A stretch of 64,000 bases of DNA from Bdellovibrionota bacterium (GCA_050950765.1 JBMNIF010000002.1:512001-576000); one strand, 5' to 3'; counted from the stretch's first letter, positions 48,677 through 59,588 are shown. The notes: generated by a model from the letters alone, not told the origin. Made by a program: numbers and translations.

Positions 48677-50230
48677 ATGCCAACAGCTTTTGCAATTATC
48701 CTAATTATCCTATTTTTAATAGGCTTTTCAGTGATGCTGACGATCCCGCGCATCTATGTGCGCTGCCCCTCTAATAAAGTATTGGTAGTTTGGGGTAAAG
48801 TGAAGGGAGGAAGCGCAAAGTGTCATTTAGGCGGAGCACATCTTATTATTCCTATTTTTCAGGATGCAGCTTTTCTGGACTTAACTCCGATGACGATCAA
48901 TATTCCACTGCGAGGGGCACTCTCAAAGGAAAATATCCGTGTAAATGTACCCAGCACATTTACCATTAAGATCGATGCTCGTCCTGATTCTGTAGGTAAC
49001 GCCGCTACCTCACTACTCGGTTTAGCACGCCATGAAATAGAATCTATGGCGACAGAGATCTTAACAGGACAACTTCGTTTGACGGTAGCATCTTTAACTA
49101 TTGAAGAGATCAATCAGAACAGAGAACGGTTCTTAGAAGTTATCCGTGACAATATCCAGCCGGAGCTGCAAAAGATCGGCTTAAGTCTAATTAACGTTAA
49201 TATTACAGATATCACCGATGAATCAGGTTACATCGAAAGCATCGGTAAAAAGGCGGCTTCAACAGCTCTTAACCAAGCTAAAATTGATGTTGCTCAACAA
49301 GAAAAACTTGGAGAGGTCGGTAAGGCTCAAGCTGATAGAGACCGTCGTATGCAAGTTGCACAACTTAACGCAGAAGCGGTTGAAGGTGAAAATGTTGCAG
49401 CAGCTAAGATCGCTTCCTTTAATGCAGATTTAGCAGAAAAAAATGCAGAAGCGCAGCGTCGTTCTGAAATTGCAGCACAGATTGCAGATGCTAAGATCCA
49501 AGAAGAGCGCGCTAACGCTGAAAAAGCCAGACTCCTCGCCGACGAAGTTGTTCCGAGAGAGATCGCAAAACGTAAACTTGAGATCGATTCTGCTGCTCGA
49601 GCAGCACAGATGAAGATCGAAGCCGAAGGTCGCTCTTCTCAATTACAGATCGACTCCTCAGCACGCGCTGCACAGATGAAGATCGAGGCTGAAGGTAGAG
49701 CGGCACAGATGGAGATCGAGGCTGGTGGTAAATCAGCGCAGATGAAGATCGAGGCTGAAGGTAGAGCGGAGCAACTTCGGGCGGAAGCAGCAGGTCAAGC
49801 TGATGCTATCATCTCCGTACAAAGTGCAGAAGCTGAAGGTCAATACAAGGTGCTTGTTTCAAAAGCACGCGGTTATCAAGACCTCGTAAAGTCCTGCACC
49901 ACCGCACAAGATGCCACAACTATCTTATTAGTTGAAAAGATGGAAGACCTTGTAAAACTTCAAACAGAAGCTATCAAAAACATCAAGATTGATAAGATCA
50001 CAGTTTGGGATAGTGGCAACAACGAAAAAGGTAGCTCAACTGCTAACTTTATGAGTAGTATGGTTAAAAGCTTACCAACATTGCACGATGTAGCAGGTAT
50101 GGCGGGAGTTAATTTACCTGCTTACTTAGGTGATATAAAACCTATCGCCAAGCCTCTGCCAAGCGCTCAAGGTGGTATCCCAACTCAATCAACAGAGAAA
50201 AGCACTCCACCAAGTGCACCTGCTAAATAA
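48677..50230 (+). CDS. Flotillin/SPFH family protein
   Basis: CPS.KVLV.WG, ALS.ENIRV.VPS.FT, GQLR...A...IEEIN, NVNITDI.D, EA-rich coiled coil, IKIDKITVWD. Confidence 0.93.
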   Translation: MPTAFAIILIILFLIGFSVMLTIPRIYVRCPSNKVLVVWGKVKGGSAKCHLGGAHLIIPIFQDAAFLDLTPMTINIPLRGALSKENIRVNVPSTFTIKIDARPDSVGNAATSLLGLARHEIESMATEILTGQLRLTVASLTIEEINQNRERFLEVIRDNIQPELQKIGLSLINVNITDITDESGYIESIGKKAASTALNQAKIDVAQQEKLGEVGKAQADRDRRMQVAQLNAEAVEGENVAAAKIASFNADLAEKNAEAQRRSEIAAQIADAKIQEERANAEKARLLADEVVPREIAKRKLEIDSAARAAQMKIEAEGRSSQLQIDSSARAAQMKIEAEGRAAQMEIEAGGKSAQMKIEAEGRAEQLRAEAAGQADAIISVQSAEAEGQYKVLVSKARGYQDLVKSCTTAQDATTILLVEKMEDLVKLQTEAIKNIKIDKITVWDSGNNEKGSSTANFMSSMVKSLPTLHDVAGMAGVNLPAYLGDIKPIAKPLPSAQGGIPTQSTEKSTPPSAPAK

Positions 50231-50265
50231 CCTACTAGGTAATGCTTTAAATAACATTACTACCT

Positions 50266-50304
50266 AAGAGCGGGCTGTTTAAAAAACAGAACCCGCTCTT
50301 TTTT
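50266..50304 (+). terminator. Rho-independent terminator between convergent flotillin and PFOR genes
   Basis: AAGAGCGGG...CCCGCTCTT stem followed by TTTT. Confidence 0.75.
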
Positions 50305-50327
50305 AATCCTTATACACTACAATTTTT

Positions 50328-53300
50328 CTACATCGCTGCTAATTTCTGATAGTAAGCAAAACGATCCGTTACATTCTTCTGTAACTTCTCCAGTAGAAGT
50401 GCAGCACGCTCAGGATTCTTAGTCCTTAAAATATTAAAGCGATTTTCGCCGTAGATATAATCTGTAAGGGGCAAAGTCGGCTCTTTAGAATCAAAGATAA
50501 GTGGATTCTTACCCTCTTTTGCCAAATCAGGATTATACCGATACAACAACCAAGAACCGCTATTAACTGCTTTCTTCTGCTCTTCCAGCCCCTTCTTAAG
50601 ATCAATGCCGTGCGCAATACAGTGCGAATAGCAGATAATCAGAGATGGGCCATCATAAGCTTCGGCTTCCTTAATCGCCTTCACAGCGTGCTGGTCATTA
50701 GCACCAAGCGAGATACTAGCAACATAAACGTGCTTATAACTCATCGCCTGTAAGCCGATATCTTTCTTGTTCATTGTTTTACCAGCAGCAGCAAAGAGCG
50801 CGACAGCTCCTGTCGGTGTAGATTTTGACATCTGTCCACCTGTATTTGAATACACTTCAGTATCCAGCAATAACACATTAATGTTCTCACCTGATGCTAA
50901 AGCGTGATCCAATCCGCCGTAACCGATATCATACGCCCAGCCGTCACCACCGATAATCCAGACACTCTTCTTAGAGAGGTAATCAGCCAAAGAAAGTAAA
51001 GACTGCGCCTCAAAGGATTTGTTATTAGCTATGGCAGCCTTTAGTTGTGCAATCCTCTCTCGTTGAGCTTTAATCTCTGACTCATCATGCTCTGTGGCGT
51101 TTAAGATATCGTTAGCTAAACTCTCACCGATTTCAGCCTTCAACGCACTTACTAACTCTCTAGCCTGTTCAGCTTTTTTATTCACTGTTAAACGGAAGCC
51201 TAAACCGTATTCGGCATTGTCTTCGAAAAGTGAATTTGACCAAGCAGGACCACGCCCCTCTGCATTCTTACAATACGGAGTGGTCGGTAAATTACCGCTA
51301 TAAATTGAAGAGCACCCCGTTGCATTAGCCACAAGCATTCTGTCGCCAAAAAGTTGTGTTACGAGTTTAATGTACGGAGTTTCTCCACAACCGGCGCAAG
51401 CACCTGAGAACTCAAAAAGAGGTCTAAGCAACTGAGAGCCTTTAACGGTTGCTTGGTTAACAGCCGAACGGTCAGTATAATCAAGCGTCTCAAAGAACTC
51501 CCAATTCTTAACTTCACGCTCTCTAATCGGTACAAACGGTACCATGTTAATAGCTTTCTGCCCTTCAACCTTTTTGCTCTTAACAGGACAAGCATCGATA
51601 CAGATTCCGCAACCGGTACAATCTTCCGTAGAGATCTGTAAGATGAATTGTGTTCCTTCCGGAAAATCTTTGCCCTTTGTTGGAGCTGACTTAAAGCCTT
51701 GCGGTGCAGATTTTAACTTTGCACCTTCACAAGTTTTCATCCTGATAACTGCGTGCGGACAAACAATGGAGCACTTACCACACTGAATACACGCTTCAGG
51801 ATCCCACTCCGGAACTGTTAATGAGATAGCACGTTTTTCCCACTGCGTGGTGGCAGTCGGATAAGCACCATCGGCAGGCATCTGACTTACCTTCAAAGCT
51901 TCGCCCTCATCAATCATCATCGGAGCTAAAACTTCCTTAACGAACTTAGGCGCATGCTCAGGCACAGCACTCTTACGACGGATTGTGCTAGTTGGTGTTG
52001 CCGGAACAGGGATCTCATGCAAATTACTCAGAGACTCATCAACAGCCTTGAAGTTTTTCTGAACGACATCTTCACCCTTACTACTGTAAGATTTTTTAAT
52101 AGCACCTTTAATCTTCTCAATCGCCTCTTCTCGCGGAAGGATATTAGCGATAGCAAAGAAACAGGCTTGCAGGATGGTATTTATTCTGCTGCCCATACCG
52201 GTCTTCTTAGCTACTTCATAAGCATTGATTGAATAGAACTTGATCTTCTTTTCGATAATTGTTTGTTGAATCTCATAAGGTAACTTGTCCCAAACTTCAT
52301 CCTTAGAATACGGTGCATTCAAAAGGAAGGTTGCTCCAGAACACGCTTCTTTTAAGACATCTAATTTTTCCAATAAGCTGAACTGATGACACGCTACAAA
52401 GTTGGCGTGGTCGATCAGATAGATTGAACGGATCGGATCTTTACCAAACCTTAAGTGCGATTTTGTTAAACCACCCGATTTTTTAGAGTCATAAACAAAG
52501 TAGCCTTGTGCATGGTTATCAGTCTCTGTACCGATGATCTTAATGGAGTTTTTATTAGCACCAACTGTGCCATCAGAGCCGAGTCCGATAAAAACACCGC
52601 GGAAGGAGTTCTCGTTTTCAGTTCTAAAGTCTACATCATAAGTAAGGCTGGTATGAGAAACATCATCATTAATACCAACAGTAAAGTGATTCTTCGGATC
52701 ATCTTTTTTAAGTTCATCAAAAACCGCCTTGATCATAGCCGGTGTAAACTCTTTGGAAGATAAGCCATAACGTCCGCCGATAATCTTGGCATGTCGTCCT
52801 GCTTCTGCAAAGGCAGCAACAACATCAAGATAGAGCGGCTCACCAACACAACCTGACTCTTTAGTTCTATCCAAAACTGCTACGCTCTTTACAGTAGTTG
52901 GGATAGCAGCCATAAGATCTTTTATTGAGAAAGGACGGTATAAACGCACCTTCAAGACACCGACCTTCTCACCCATCTTCTTAGTCATATAATCTACAAC
53001 TTCAGAAGAGGTTTCAGCGCCGGAGCCCATCAAGATCAGTAAACGCTCGGCATCAGGAGCGCCATAATAATCAAAGAGGTGATACTCACGTCCCGTTACC
53101 TTAGCAAACTCTTTCATAGCAGTTTTAACGATCTCAGGAGTAGCTGCATAATACGGATTACAAGCTTCTCTAGACTGGAAGAAGGTGTCTGGATTTTGTG
53201 CGGTACCTCCGATCCTCGGTTGTTCAGGACGCAAGCCGCGCTCTCTATGAGCGATCACATCTTTAATATCGATCAAACTCTTCATCTGATCTTGCGTTAA

Positions 53301-53855
53301 CTTTTCAATCTTCATCAACTCGTGCGAAGTTCTAAAACCATCAAAGAAGTGAAGGAATGGAACTCTAGCTTTTAACGTTGACATATAAGCTATCATCGCT
53401 AAGTCCATCGCCTCTTGCACTGAATTAGAAGCAAGCATGGCGAACCCTGTCTGACGACAAGCATAAACATCGCTATGGTCGCCAAAGATTGAGAGGGCGT
53501 GAGTCGCTAAAGTACGCGCTGCTACATGGAAAACAGTTGAGGTCAACTCACCTGCAATCTTATACATATTAGGGATCATTAAGAGCAGACCTTGAGAGGC
53601 AGTAAAAGTCGTACTTAAAGCACCTGCTTGTAAGGCTCCGTGTACAGCACCTGCAGCACCTGCTTCACTCTGCATCTCATAAACTTTAGGAGTAATGCCA
53701 AAGATGTTCTTCATATTTTTGGCACTCCAACTATCTGAGTATTCACCCATCGGAGAAGAAGGGGTGATCGGGTAAATCGCGATAACCTCACTCAAATTAA
53801 AACCAACATGCGCCGCAGCTTCATTGGCATCCATAATAACTTTTTCAGTAGTCAT
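50328..53855 (-). CDS. nifJ: Pyruvate:ferredoxin/flavodoxin oxidoreductase (homodimeric)
   Basis: IYPITPSS, EMQSEAGAAG, FDGFRTSHE, GLGSDGTVGANK, two CxxCxxCxxxCP, FSGACAGCGE, GGDGWAYDIG. Confidence 0.97.
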   Translation of the reverse strand: MTTEKVIMDANEAAAHVGFNLSEVIAIYPITPSSPMGEYSDSWSAKNMKNIFGITPKVYEMQSEAGAAGAVHGALQAGALSTTFTASQGLLLMIPNMYKIAGELTSTVFHVAARTLATHALSIFGDHSDVYACRQTGFAMLASNSVQEAMDLAMIAYMSTLKARVPFLHFFDGFRTSHELMKIEKLTQDQMKSLIDIKDVIAHRERGLRPEQPRIGGTAQNPDTFFQSREACNPYYAATPEIVKTAMKEFAKVTGREYHLFDYYGAPDAERLLILMGSGAETSSEVVDYMTKKMGEKVGVLKVRLYRPFSIKDLMAAIPTTVKSVAVLDRTKESGCVGEPLYLDVVAAFAEAGRHAKIIGGRYGLSSKEFTPAMIKAVFDELKKDDPKNHFTVGINDDVSHTSLTYDVDFRTENENSFRGVFIGLGSDGTVGANKNSIKIIGTETDNHAQGYFVYDSKKSGGLTKSHLRFGKDPIRSIYLIDHANFVACHQFSLLEKLDVLKEACSGATFLLNAPYSKDEVWDKLPYEIQQTIIEKKIKFYSINAYEVAKKTGMGSRINTILQACFFAIANILPREEAIEKIKGAIKKSYSSKGEDVVQKNFKAVDESLSNLHEIPVPATPTSTIRRKSAVPEHAPKFVKEVLAPMMIDEGEALKVSQMPADGAYPTATTQWEKRAISLTVPEWDPEACIQCGKCSIVCPHAVIRMKTCEGAKLKSAPQGFKSAPTKGKDFPEGTQFILQISTEDCTGCGICIDACPVKSKKVEGQKAINMVPFVPIREREVKNWEFFETLDYTDRSAVNQATVKGSQLLRPLFEFSGACAGCGETPYIKLVTQLFGDRMLVANATGCSSIYSGNLPTTPYCKNAEGRGPAWSNSLFEDNAEYGLGFRLTVNKKAEQARELVSALKAEIGESLANDILNATEHDESEIKAQRERIAQLKAAIANNKSFEAQSLLSLADYLSKKSVWIIGGDGWAYDIGYGGLDHALASGENINVLLLDTEVYSNTGGQMSKSTPTGAVALFAAAGKTMNKKDIGLQAMSYKHVYVASISLGANDQHAVKAIKEAEAYDGPSLIICYSHCIAHGIDLKKGLEEQKKAVNSGSWLLYRYNPDLAKEGKNPLIFDSKEPTLPLTDYIYGENRFNILRTKNPERAALLLEKLQKNVTDRFAYYQKLAAM

Positions 53856-54409
53856 GACCTTTACTTCCCTTATTTAAATTAAGTAGGGGTGTCTGTTCTT
53901 CCCCCATCTCTTGCAATTTACTAAAGATTTTAACGTCGAACAGGATAAACGGATAAACTTAAAAAAGTAGCGTGGCGAACAGAATAAGCCCCTTCCTTCT
54001 TCTCCCCCCTCTTAAAAGTTATACCTTATTATTACGTGTATTATTTTAAGATACTCTCAAAAAAGGAACTCCGCTCTAACCCCTCATTAACAATGAAGAA
54101 TTTACACCGGTTACGACGCCCGTATACTATTACAGACAGACTAAATCCACAAATACAAGAATTGCTTCTTATTTGGTAAAAGCTTCGCATTGATAAAGGA
54201 GCAGGTTTTGCTGCAATACTCCAAAAATTAGGGTAAGTATCAATAAAGACTAGACGATATCTTTTATTTGATCACTTCATTACCGTTTTTTTTACATTTT
54301 TTAGATGAAAAAAAGAAAAAAATTATAAAAAACACCTTTATTTAAAAATTTCACTAAAGCTTTTCCTAAAAGATACCGACCCACCTTCTAGGGGAATAAG
54401 AGGGGTTGT

Positions 54410-57400
54410 ATGCAGAAGTTTACCTTAAGAACCTTGAAATTAGTTGTGCTGTTTAGCTTTTTCTGTGGCAGTCTGGCAGGTGCGGAAACTTTTTTGCCAA
54501 CCACTCAAAATTATAACTATAATTTCAACATCCTAAACAACTTATCAACACCGCCTACTGCACAAAACTTTAATATTAAAAACTTCTCTCTCTTCTCTAC
54601 CTTAAAAAAATCACTCCCCTTTAGAAGAGAGTTCTTTGGAAATCCTCCCCCTTATCTAGCAGCGCAAGTAACCTCCATCTCTATGGGCTACTTTCACGCC
54701 TGTGCTATTGTAGGAGGGCGTCTCTATTGTTGGGGGCTTAACTCCTCCGGTCAACTCGGGATTAACAGCACTGACACCACAACAACTCCAACTTTAACTT
54801 ACGACCCTAGCACAACCTCTTTTACAGGTTTATTAGGTGGTCAAGGTGTCTCTTCTGTTTCTGCTAATGGTTATAACACCTGCGCTATCAACGCAGACGG
54901 TAAACTTTACTGTTGGGGAGAAAATGACTCTGGTCAAGTCGGGAATGGAACTCTAGGATTTGATTGTAAGTATCCAGTATTAATTGAAGATCCAAGTACA
55001 CTTTCTTGTAGTGGTCTTCTAGGTTCAGAAACAGTTATCGCCGTTTCAGTAGGTGCTTCGCCCAACGACACTCCTGAAGGAGAGAGCTCCGGTAGAACTC
55101 ACGTTTGCGCTATAAATGCAGATGATAAACTTTACTGTTGGGGAGATAACACCTTCGGACAATTAGGCGACGGACAAAGCGGAGGGTCTTTACCGCGTCT
55201 TGTAGGGGATAGCGGAACTTTAAATGGAAGAGGTGTTGTTCAAGTTTCAGCAGGATACAGTTTTACCTGTGCTATCAATACAGAGAGTCTCCTTTTTTGT
55301 TGGGGCAAAAACGATTACGGACAGTTGGGGATTTATTCAACAGAAAATACCACCTCCCCCACACCTATATATAATGCAGATCCAGAAAAAGTTGGTGGAC
55401 TTGGAACTGGAAACGATCCAGCGGTTATGTCAGTTTCAGCAGGTACAACTCACACCTGTGCCATAGAGAGCGGATATCTTTTCTGTTGGGGAGATGGTAG
55501 TTATGGAGCGCTTGGAAATGGTGATGGAACAGATAGAAGTTTTCCAGTCGCTATCAATAAAGGATCTCCACCAGGTCAATTAGACGGAAGTATTGTTCTA
55601 TCTACCTCTTCAGGATCTGGTTTTACCTGCGCTATCAACGAGATCGGTGAAATTTATTGCTGGGGGAAAAATACTGATAAAAAACTACTCGGGATTAGTG
55701 GAGTAGATACTAGATTTCCCCAGCTTGTGGCAGGTTCAGATAGTAATCCCAATCCTGGCTTACTAGGCACATATACTGTAAATGCCGTTTCTTGTTCAAA
55801 CTCCGGTCCCTCCTATCAATCGATCTGCGGCATAAACTCACAACATAATCTTTATTGCTGGGGAGATAGTAACTTTGGTCAATTAGGACAAAACTCTACC
55901 ACTACCAATACAACACCGACACAAACACTCTTTAATGAAGACTCCACTTGTAACGGTATCGATGATGATGGTGATGGATTAACTGATGAAGATTACGTTT
56001 CTGTATCTTGTAACACAGGGCTACACGGTTTATGCGCAGCAGGAACAACATCTTGTAACGCCGGAAGTGTAGTTTGTAATCAGACAAATTCTCCTACAAC
56101 TGAGATCGCTTGTAATAATATCGATGATGACTGTGACGGTATAACTGATACTGATGCTGCAGGTTACGGAGCTGCTTGTAATAACGGGCTACTCGGTGCG
56201 TGTTACAAAACAGGCACGATGTCAGTTTGTGATGGAGGAGTTTTAACGTGCTCTGCTCCAAACGTTGAACCTACAACTGAAGTCGCTTGTAATAATATCG
56301 ATGATGACTGTGATGGAGTAACTGATACTGATGCTGCAGGTTACGGAGCTGCTTGCAATAACGGGTTACTCGGTGCGTGTTATAAAACAGGCACGATGTC
56401 AGTTTGTGATGGAGGAGTTTTAACGTGCTCTGCTCCAAACGTTGAACCTACAACTGAAGTCGCTTGTAATAATATCGATGATGACTGTGATGGAGTAACT
56501 GATACTGATGCTGCAGGTTACGGAGATGCTTGTAATAACGGACTACTCGGTGCGTGTTATAAAACAGGCACGATGTCAGTTTGTGATGGAGGAGTTTTAA
56601 CGTGCTCTGCTCCAAACGTTGAACCTACAACTGAAGTCGCTTGTAATAATATCGATGATGACTGTGATGGAGTAACTGATACTGATGCTGCAGGTTACGG
56701 AGCTGCTTGTAACAACGGACTACTCGGTGCGTGTTATAAAACAGGCACGATGACTCTTTGTGAAGGAGGGGTTTTAACGTGTTCTGCTCCAGATGCAGAT
56801 CCAGTAAGTGAAATTTGCGGTAACGGCATTGATGATGATTGTGATGGTGAAACTGATGAAGATTGCAATGCAGAAACTCCTACCCCTACCCCTCCAGCGC
56901 CTTTTGTAGATGCTTGTCCTACCGACCCGAATAAAACTGAAGCAGGAGTTTGCGGCTGCGGTATAGCCGATAGCGATCATAACAATAACGGCATAATTGA
57001 TTGCCTTGACCCGAAGTGGCCGACAACAAAAATAGATAGTATCGTTACACCAAACACCAAACCTGTCACTCCACGGGTAGATGTAGTAAAGAAAAAGGTC
57101 GTCGTTTATATGCAACGTTTTAAACGTGCCGAGCTACTGAAAAAATTACGTAACGTAGTTAACTATGCCAAAAAAAATAAAAGGAAAAAAATTACCTTTA
57201 GGTATGAAGTTGTTCTAAGACAGGTCTCTACTAAAACAACGTATAAAAGTATCACGAAGAAAAAGATTCAATCTCGGATCTCAAAACGTAATAAAGTAAT
57301 CTTTAAGAAACAGCGGCAAGGAACTTACAAAATTAAGTACAGAGTTAAGATCTATAAGAACGGTAAACTTGCTAAGAACACGAAGTGGAGCGATTCTAAA

Positions 57401-57424
57401 ACTGTTACAGTTTCGAAAAAGTAG
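54410..57424 (+). CDS. Secreted RCC1-repeat beta-propeller protein with Cys/Asp-rich (CN.IDDDCDG) repeats and a basic C-terminal domain
   Basis: Signal peptide; seven (H/F)TCAI...LYCWG.N..GQLG repeats; MopE-like CNNIDDDCDG repeats; DACP.DP.K...G.CGCG; Lys-rich beta tail. Confidence 0.88.
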   Translation: MQKFTLRTLKLVVLFSFFCGSLAGAETFLPTTQNYNYNFNILNNLSTPPTAQNFNIKNFSLFSTLKKSLPFRREFFGNPPPYLAAQVTSISMGYFHACAIVGGRLYCWGLNSSGQLGINSTDTTTTPTLTYDPSTTSFTGLLGGQGVSSVSANGYNTCAINADGKLYCWGENDSGQVGNGTLGFDCKYPVLIEDPSTLSCSGLLGSETVIAVSVGASPNDTPEGESSGRTHVCAINADDKLYCWGDNTFGQLGDGQSGGSLPRLVGDSGTLNGRGVVQVSAGYSFTCAINTESLLFCWGKNDYGQLGIYSTENTTSPTPIYNADPEKVGGLGTGNDPAVMSVSAGTTHTCAIESGYLFCWGDGSYGALGNGDGTDRSFPVAINKGSPPGQLDGSIVLSTSSGSGFTCAINEIGEIYCWGKNTDKKLLGISGVDTRFPQLVAGSDSNPNPGLLGTYTVNAVSCSNSGPSYQSICGINSQHNLYCWGDSNFGQLGQNSTTTNTTPTQTLFNEDSTCNGIDDDGDGLTDEDYVSVSCNTGLHGLCAAGTTSCNAGSVVCNQTNSPTTEIACNNIDDDCDGITDTDAAGYGAACNNGLLGACYKTGTMSVCDGGVLTCSAPNVEPTTEVACNNIDDDCDGVTDTDAAGYGAACNNGLLGACYKTGTMSVCDGGVLTCSAPNVEPTTEVACNNIDDDCDGVTDTDAAGYGDACNNGLLGACYKTGTMSVCDGGVLTCSAPNVEPTTEVACNNIDDDCDGVTDTDAAGYGAACNNGLLGACYKTGTMTLCEGGVLTCSAPDADPVSEICGNGIDDDCDGETDEDCNAETPTPTPPAPFVDACPTDPNKTEAGVCGCGIADSDHNNNGIIDCLDPKWPTTKIDSIVTPNTKPVTPRVDVVKKKVVVYMQRFKRAELLKKLRNVVNYAKKNKRKKITFRYEVVLRQVSTKTTYKSITKKKIQSRISKRNKVIFKKQRQGTYKIKYRVKIYKNGKLAKNTKWSDSKTVTVSKK
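56093..56800 (+). repeat. Intragenic tandem repeat, 4 x 177 bp (59 aa)
   Basis: CCTACAACTGA unit starts at 56093, 56270, 56447 and 56624; copies nearly identical. Confidence 0.95.
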
Positions 57425-57539
57425 GTGTATGTTTTTATACACCCTATTTTTTAAATGTTGGTAGCCTACCCATTCCACTTTTACAGAAATTTATATTTCT
57501 ATTGAAGTATCTTTGAAAAATAACGAAAAGAGAGTCCAC

Positions 57540-58505
57540 TTAGGAAAGTTCCAGCAAGTCAGAACCTCCATTAGAATCTGCCTTATCAAAATCTACTTCA
57601 TTAAGGCTTCCAGCAGGACCTCCATCGCTGCCTCTCGATTCAAGAAAGTCATCGAGGGATTGGTCTACACGTTCTCCCATTGTTCTATGAAAGTCTTCTT
57701 CAGGAACATGTTCAATAAAATTTTCTATCCTTTCTATCCTTTCTTTTAAAGTGTCTGCTATTTCAGGACCACACTCTTCTGCTAAGCGCTTAATTTCCTT
57801 AAGATAAGAAGAAAGGTTCCTAGGATCTCTATCTTTAACTTGTTCTTCAGAGATTTTTAAATAATTGTCAATACACCTCTTCCTTACATTTTGGTAAGAA
57901 TCTTTAAGTAATTGTGCATCATCTTCAGACAATTTAATATTTGCCTTTTCATAAGAGAACTTAATATCTTCTATTAAGCTATCGGCAAAAGCTACATCAT
58001 CTTTATTTACTCCCTGCTTTTCTACTATTTGTTGCAAATGATACTTTAAAGAGGAAATTGAGTTCTCACAACAACGCTGTAAAAATTCATCGAGCAGCTC
58101 ACTTTGATATTTTTTAATTTTTTCAATTGCTCCACTTGCAAACGAGACACTACCACTTGCAGCGTACTCCTCCAAACATTGCAAATAGTGCTGAATACCG
58201 TTTCTTCGTGCTGAGAGTAAACAAGATTGCAGCTCTCCAAGCTCTTCTGCACTAAACAGATTAGTATTAGAAGAACCAACTTTAGCTTTACGCATCTCAT
58301 CAAAGACCTTATCTGCTCTAGCAACAGCCCCATACTTGGCATAAAATTTTAAGCGCCACAGGAAAAAATCTTTGGAGACACTTGGACTGAGAAAAGACGC
58401 TTCTTCTAGTGGAGGACTTTCGGAACCCTCTTTAGGATCTATGCCTTGACGATCTTGACGAGTTCGTTTTTGATATGACGGATTATCTGATTTTATTGGC
58501 GGCAT
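57540..58505 (-). CDS. Hypothetical helical protein with disordered termini (paralogue of 58758-59588)
   Basis: Shares RLKFYAK.G, LQSCLLSAR.NGIQH and YLKISEEQVKD.D.RNLS.YL.EIKRLAEECG with the neighbour. Confidence 0.75.
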   Translation of the reverse strand: MPPIKSDNPSYQKRTRQDRQGIDPKEGSESPPLEEASFLSPSVSKDFFLWRLKFYAKYGAVARADKVFDEMRKAKVGSSNTNLFSAEELGELQSCLLSARRNGIQHYLQCLEEYAASGSVSFASGAIEKIKKYQSELLDEFLQRCCENSISSLKYHLQQIVEKQGVNKDDVAFADSLIEDIKFSYEKANIKLSEDDAQLLKDSYQNVRKRCIDNYLKISEEQVKDRDPRNLSSYLKEIKRLAEECGPEIADTLKERIERIENFIEHVPEEDFHRTMGERVDQSLDDFLESRGSDGGPAGSLNEVDFDKADSNGGSDLLELS

Positions 58506-58542
58506 TAAAAACTTATTTTTACTACTTTACTACAACTATCTG

Positions 58543-58571
58543 ATTTTAGCCCGCCCCTCCTACCTCGTCAA
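58543..58571 (-). promoter_or_regulatory. sigma70-type promoter, copy 1
   Basis: TTGACG-17 nt-TAAAAT within a 118-bp block duplicated at 59603-59720. Confidence 0.7.
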
Positions 58572-58757
58572 TTTTACTAAAAAATAATGCTTTATCAGAC
58601 AGTTGCGCACAAAAAAGCGCTGTTAAAAACGGTCTCGCCCTCTTTTTCTTAGCTTCTAAGCCTAAAGCTAGAGGCTGAAGAAAAGCATCAAAGGCACTTT
58701 TTAAAACGCTTTGCTTTTAAAAAGTGTATCTCTGTATCTATCCACTCGTCCTATCCT

Positions 58758-59588
58758 TTATTTTAAAGTGTCTACTATTTTAAGACCACATTCTTCTGCT
58801 AAGCGCTTAATTTCCTCAAGATAAGGGGAAAGGTTCCTAGAATCTCCATCTTTAACTTGTTCTTCAGAGATTTTTAAATAAATTTCAATACTCTTTTGCC
58901 TTACACTTTTGTAAGAATCTTTAAGGAATTGTGCGACCTCTTCAGGCATTTCACGCTTTGCATATACATAGTAGAGCTCGAGATCATTTTTAAATTGATC
59001 AGCATCAGCGATATACGCTTTTAATACATTAACAACATCTAGATCGATATTTAGATCTATTTCATACTTTTTTAATTTGGCGGCATAATTTTTTAATATT
59101 TCAACATCACTTAGTTTTACTATCTTGTTCAATTTATACTTAGCAGAAGGAATCGCTACCGCCAAACATTCCCTAAAAAGTTCATCAACCCACTCCTGAG
59201 TAGCAGGAGCCTTTTCAGTACCCAGAACTTTTTCATATTGTGTAATTTTATTAAGTGTTTTTAGTGCAAGCCCAACATCACCACCTTGAGCGTACTCCTT
59301 AAAGCATTGCAGCAAGTGCTGAATACCGTTTTTTCGTGCTGAGAGTAAACAAGATTGCAGTTTTTCGAGCTCTTCTGCACTAAGTAGATCGTGCTCACGT
59401 AATAAGTCAAAGTACCTATGAGTCCTATCAACATTTCCGATCTTGGCATAAAATTTTAAGCGAGCTAATAGATCATCTACATTAGGTAAAGACGCTTCCT
59501 CTAATGGAGAACTTTCGGGGGAACTCCCTTGAGAGGGATTAGAACCTTGAGAGTGGTTAGGAGGTGTGGAGCTTAAGTTTATCGACAT
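58758..59588 (-). CDS. Hypothetical helical protein, C-terminally shortened paralogue
   Basis: Ser/Pro-rich N-terminus; TAA replaces the GAA codon of the paralogue after DTLK. Confidence 0.72.
   Translation of the reverse strand: MSINLSSTPPNHSQGSNPSQGSSPESSPLEEASLPNVDDLLARLKFYAKIGNVDRTHRYFDLLREHDLLSAEELEKLQSCLLSARKNGIQHLLQCFKEYAQGGDVGLALKTLNKITQYEKVLGTEKAPATQEWVDELFRECLAVAIPSAKYKLNKIVKLSDVEILKNYAAKLKKYEIDLNIDLDVVNVLKAYIADADQFKNDLELYYVYAKREMPEEVAQFLKDSYKSVRQKSIEIYLKISEEQVKDGDSRNLSPYLEEIKRLAEECGLKIVDTLK

Noticed and set aside
50426..53300. Numerous short ORFs nested in PFOR (and likewise in uvrA, recJ, the tad genes and ychF)
   Set aside because: They overlap well-supported long genes and show no motifs
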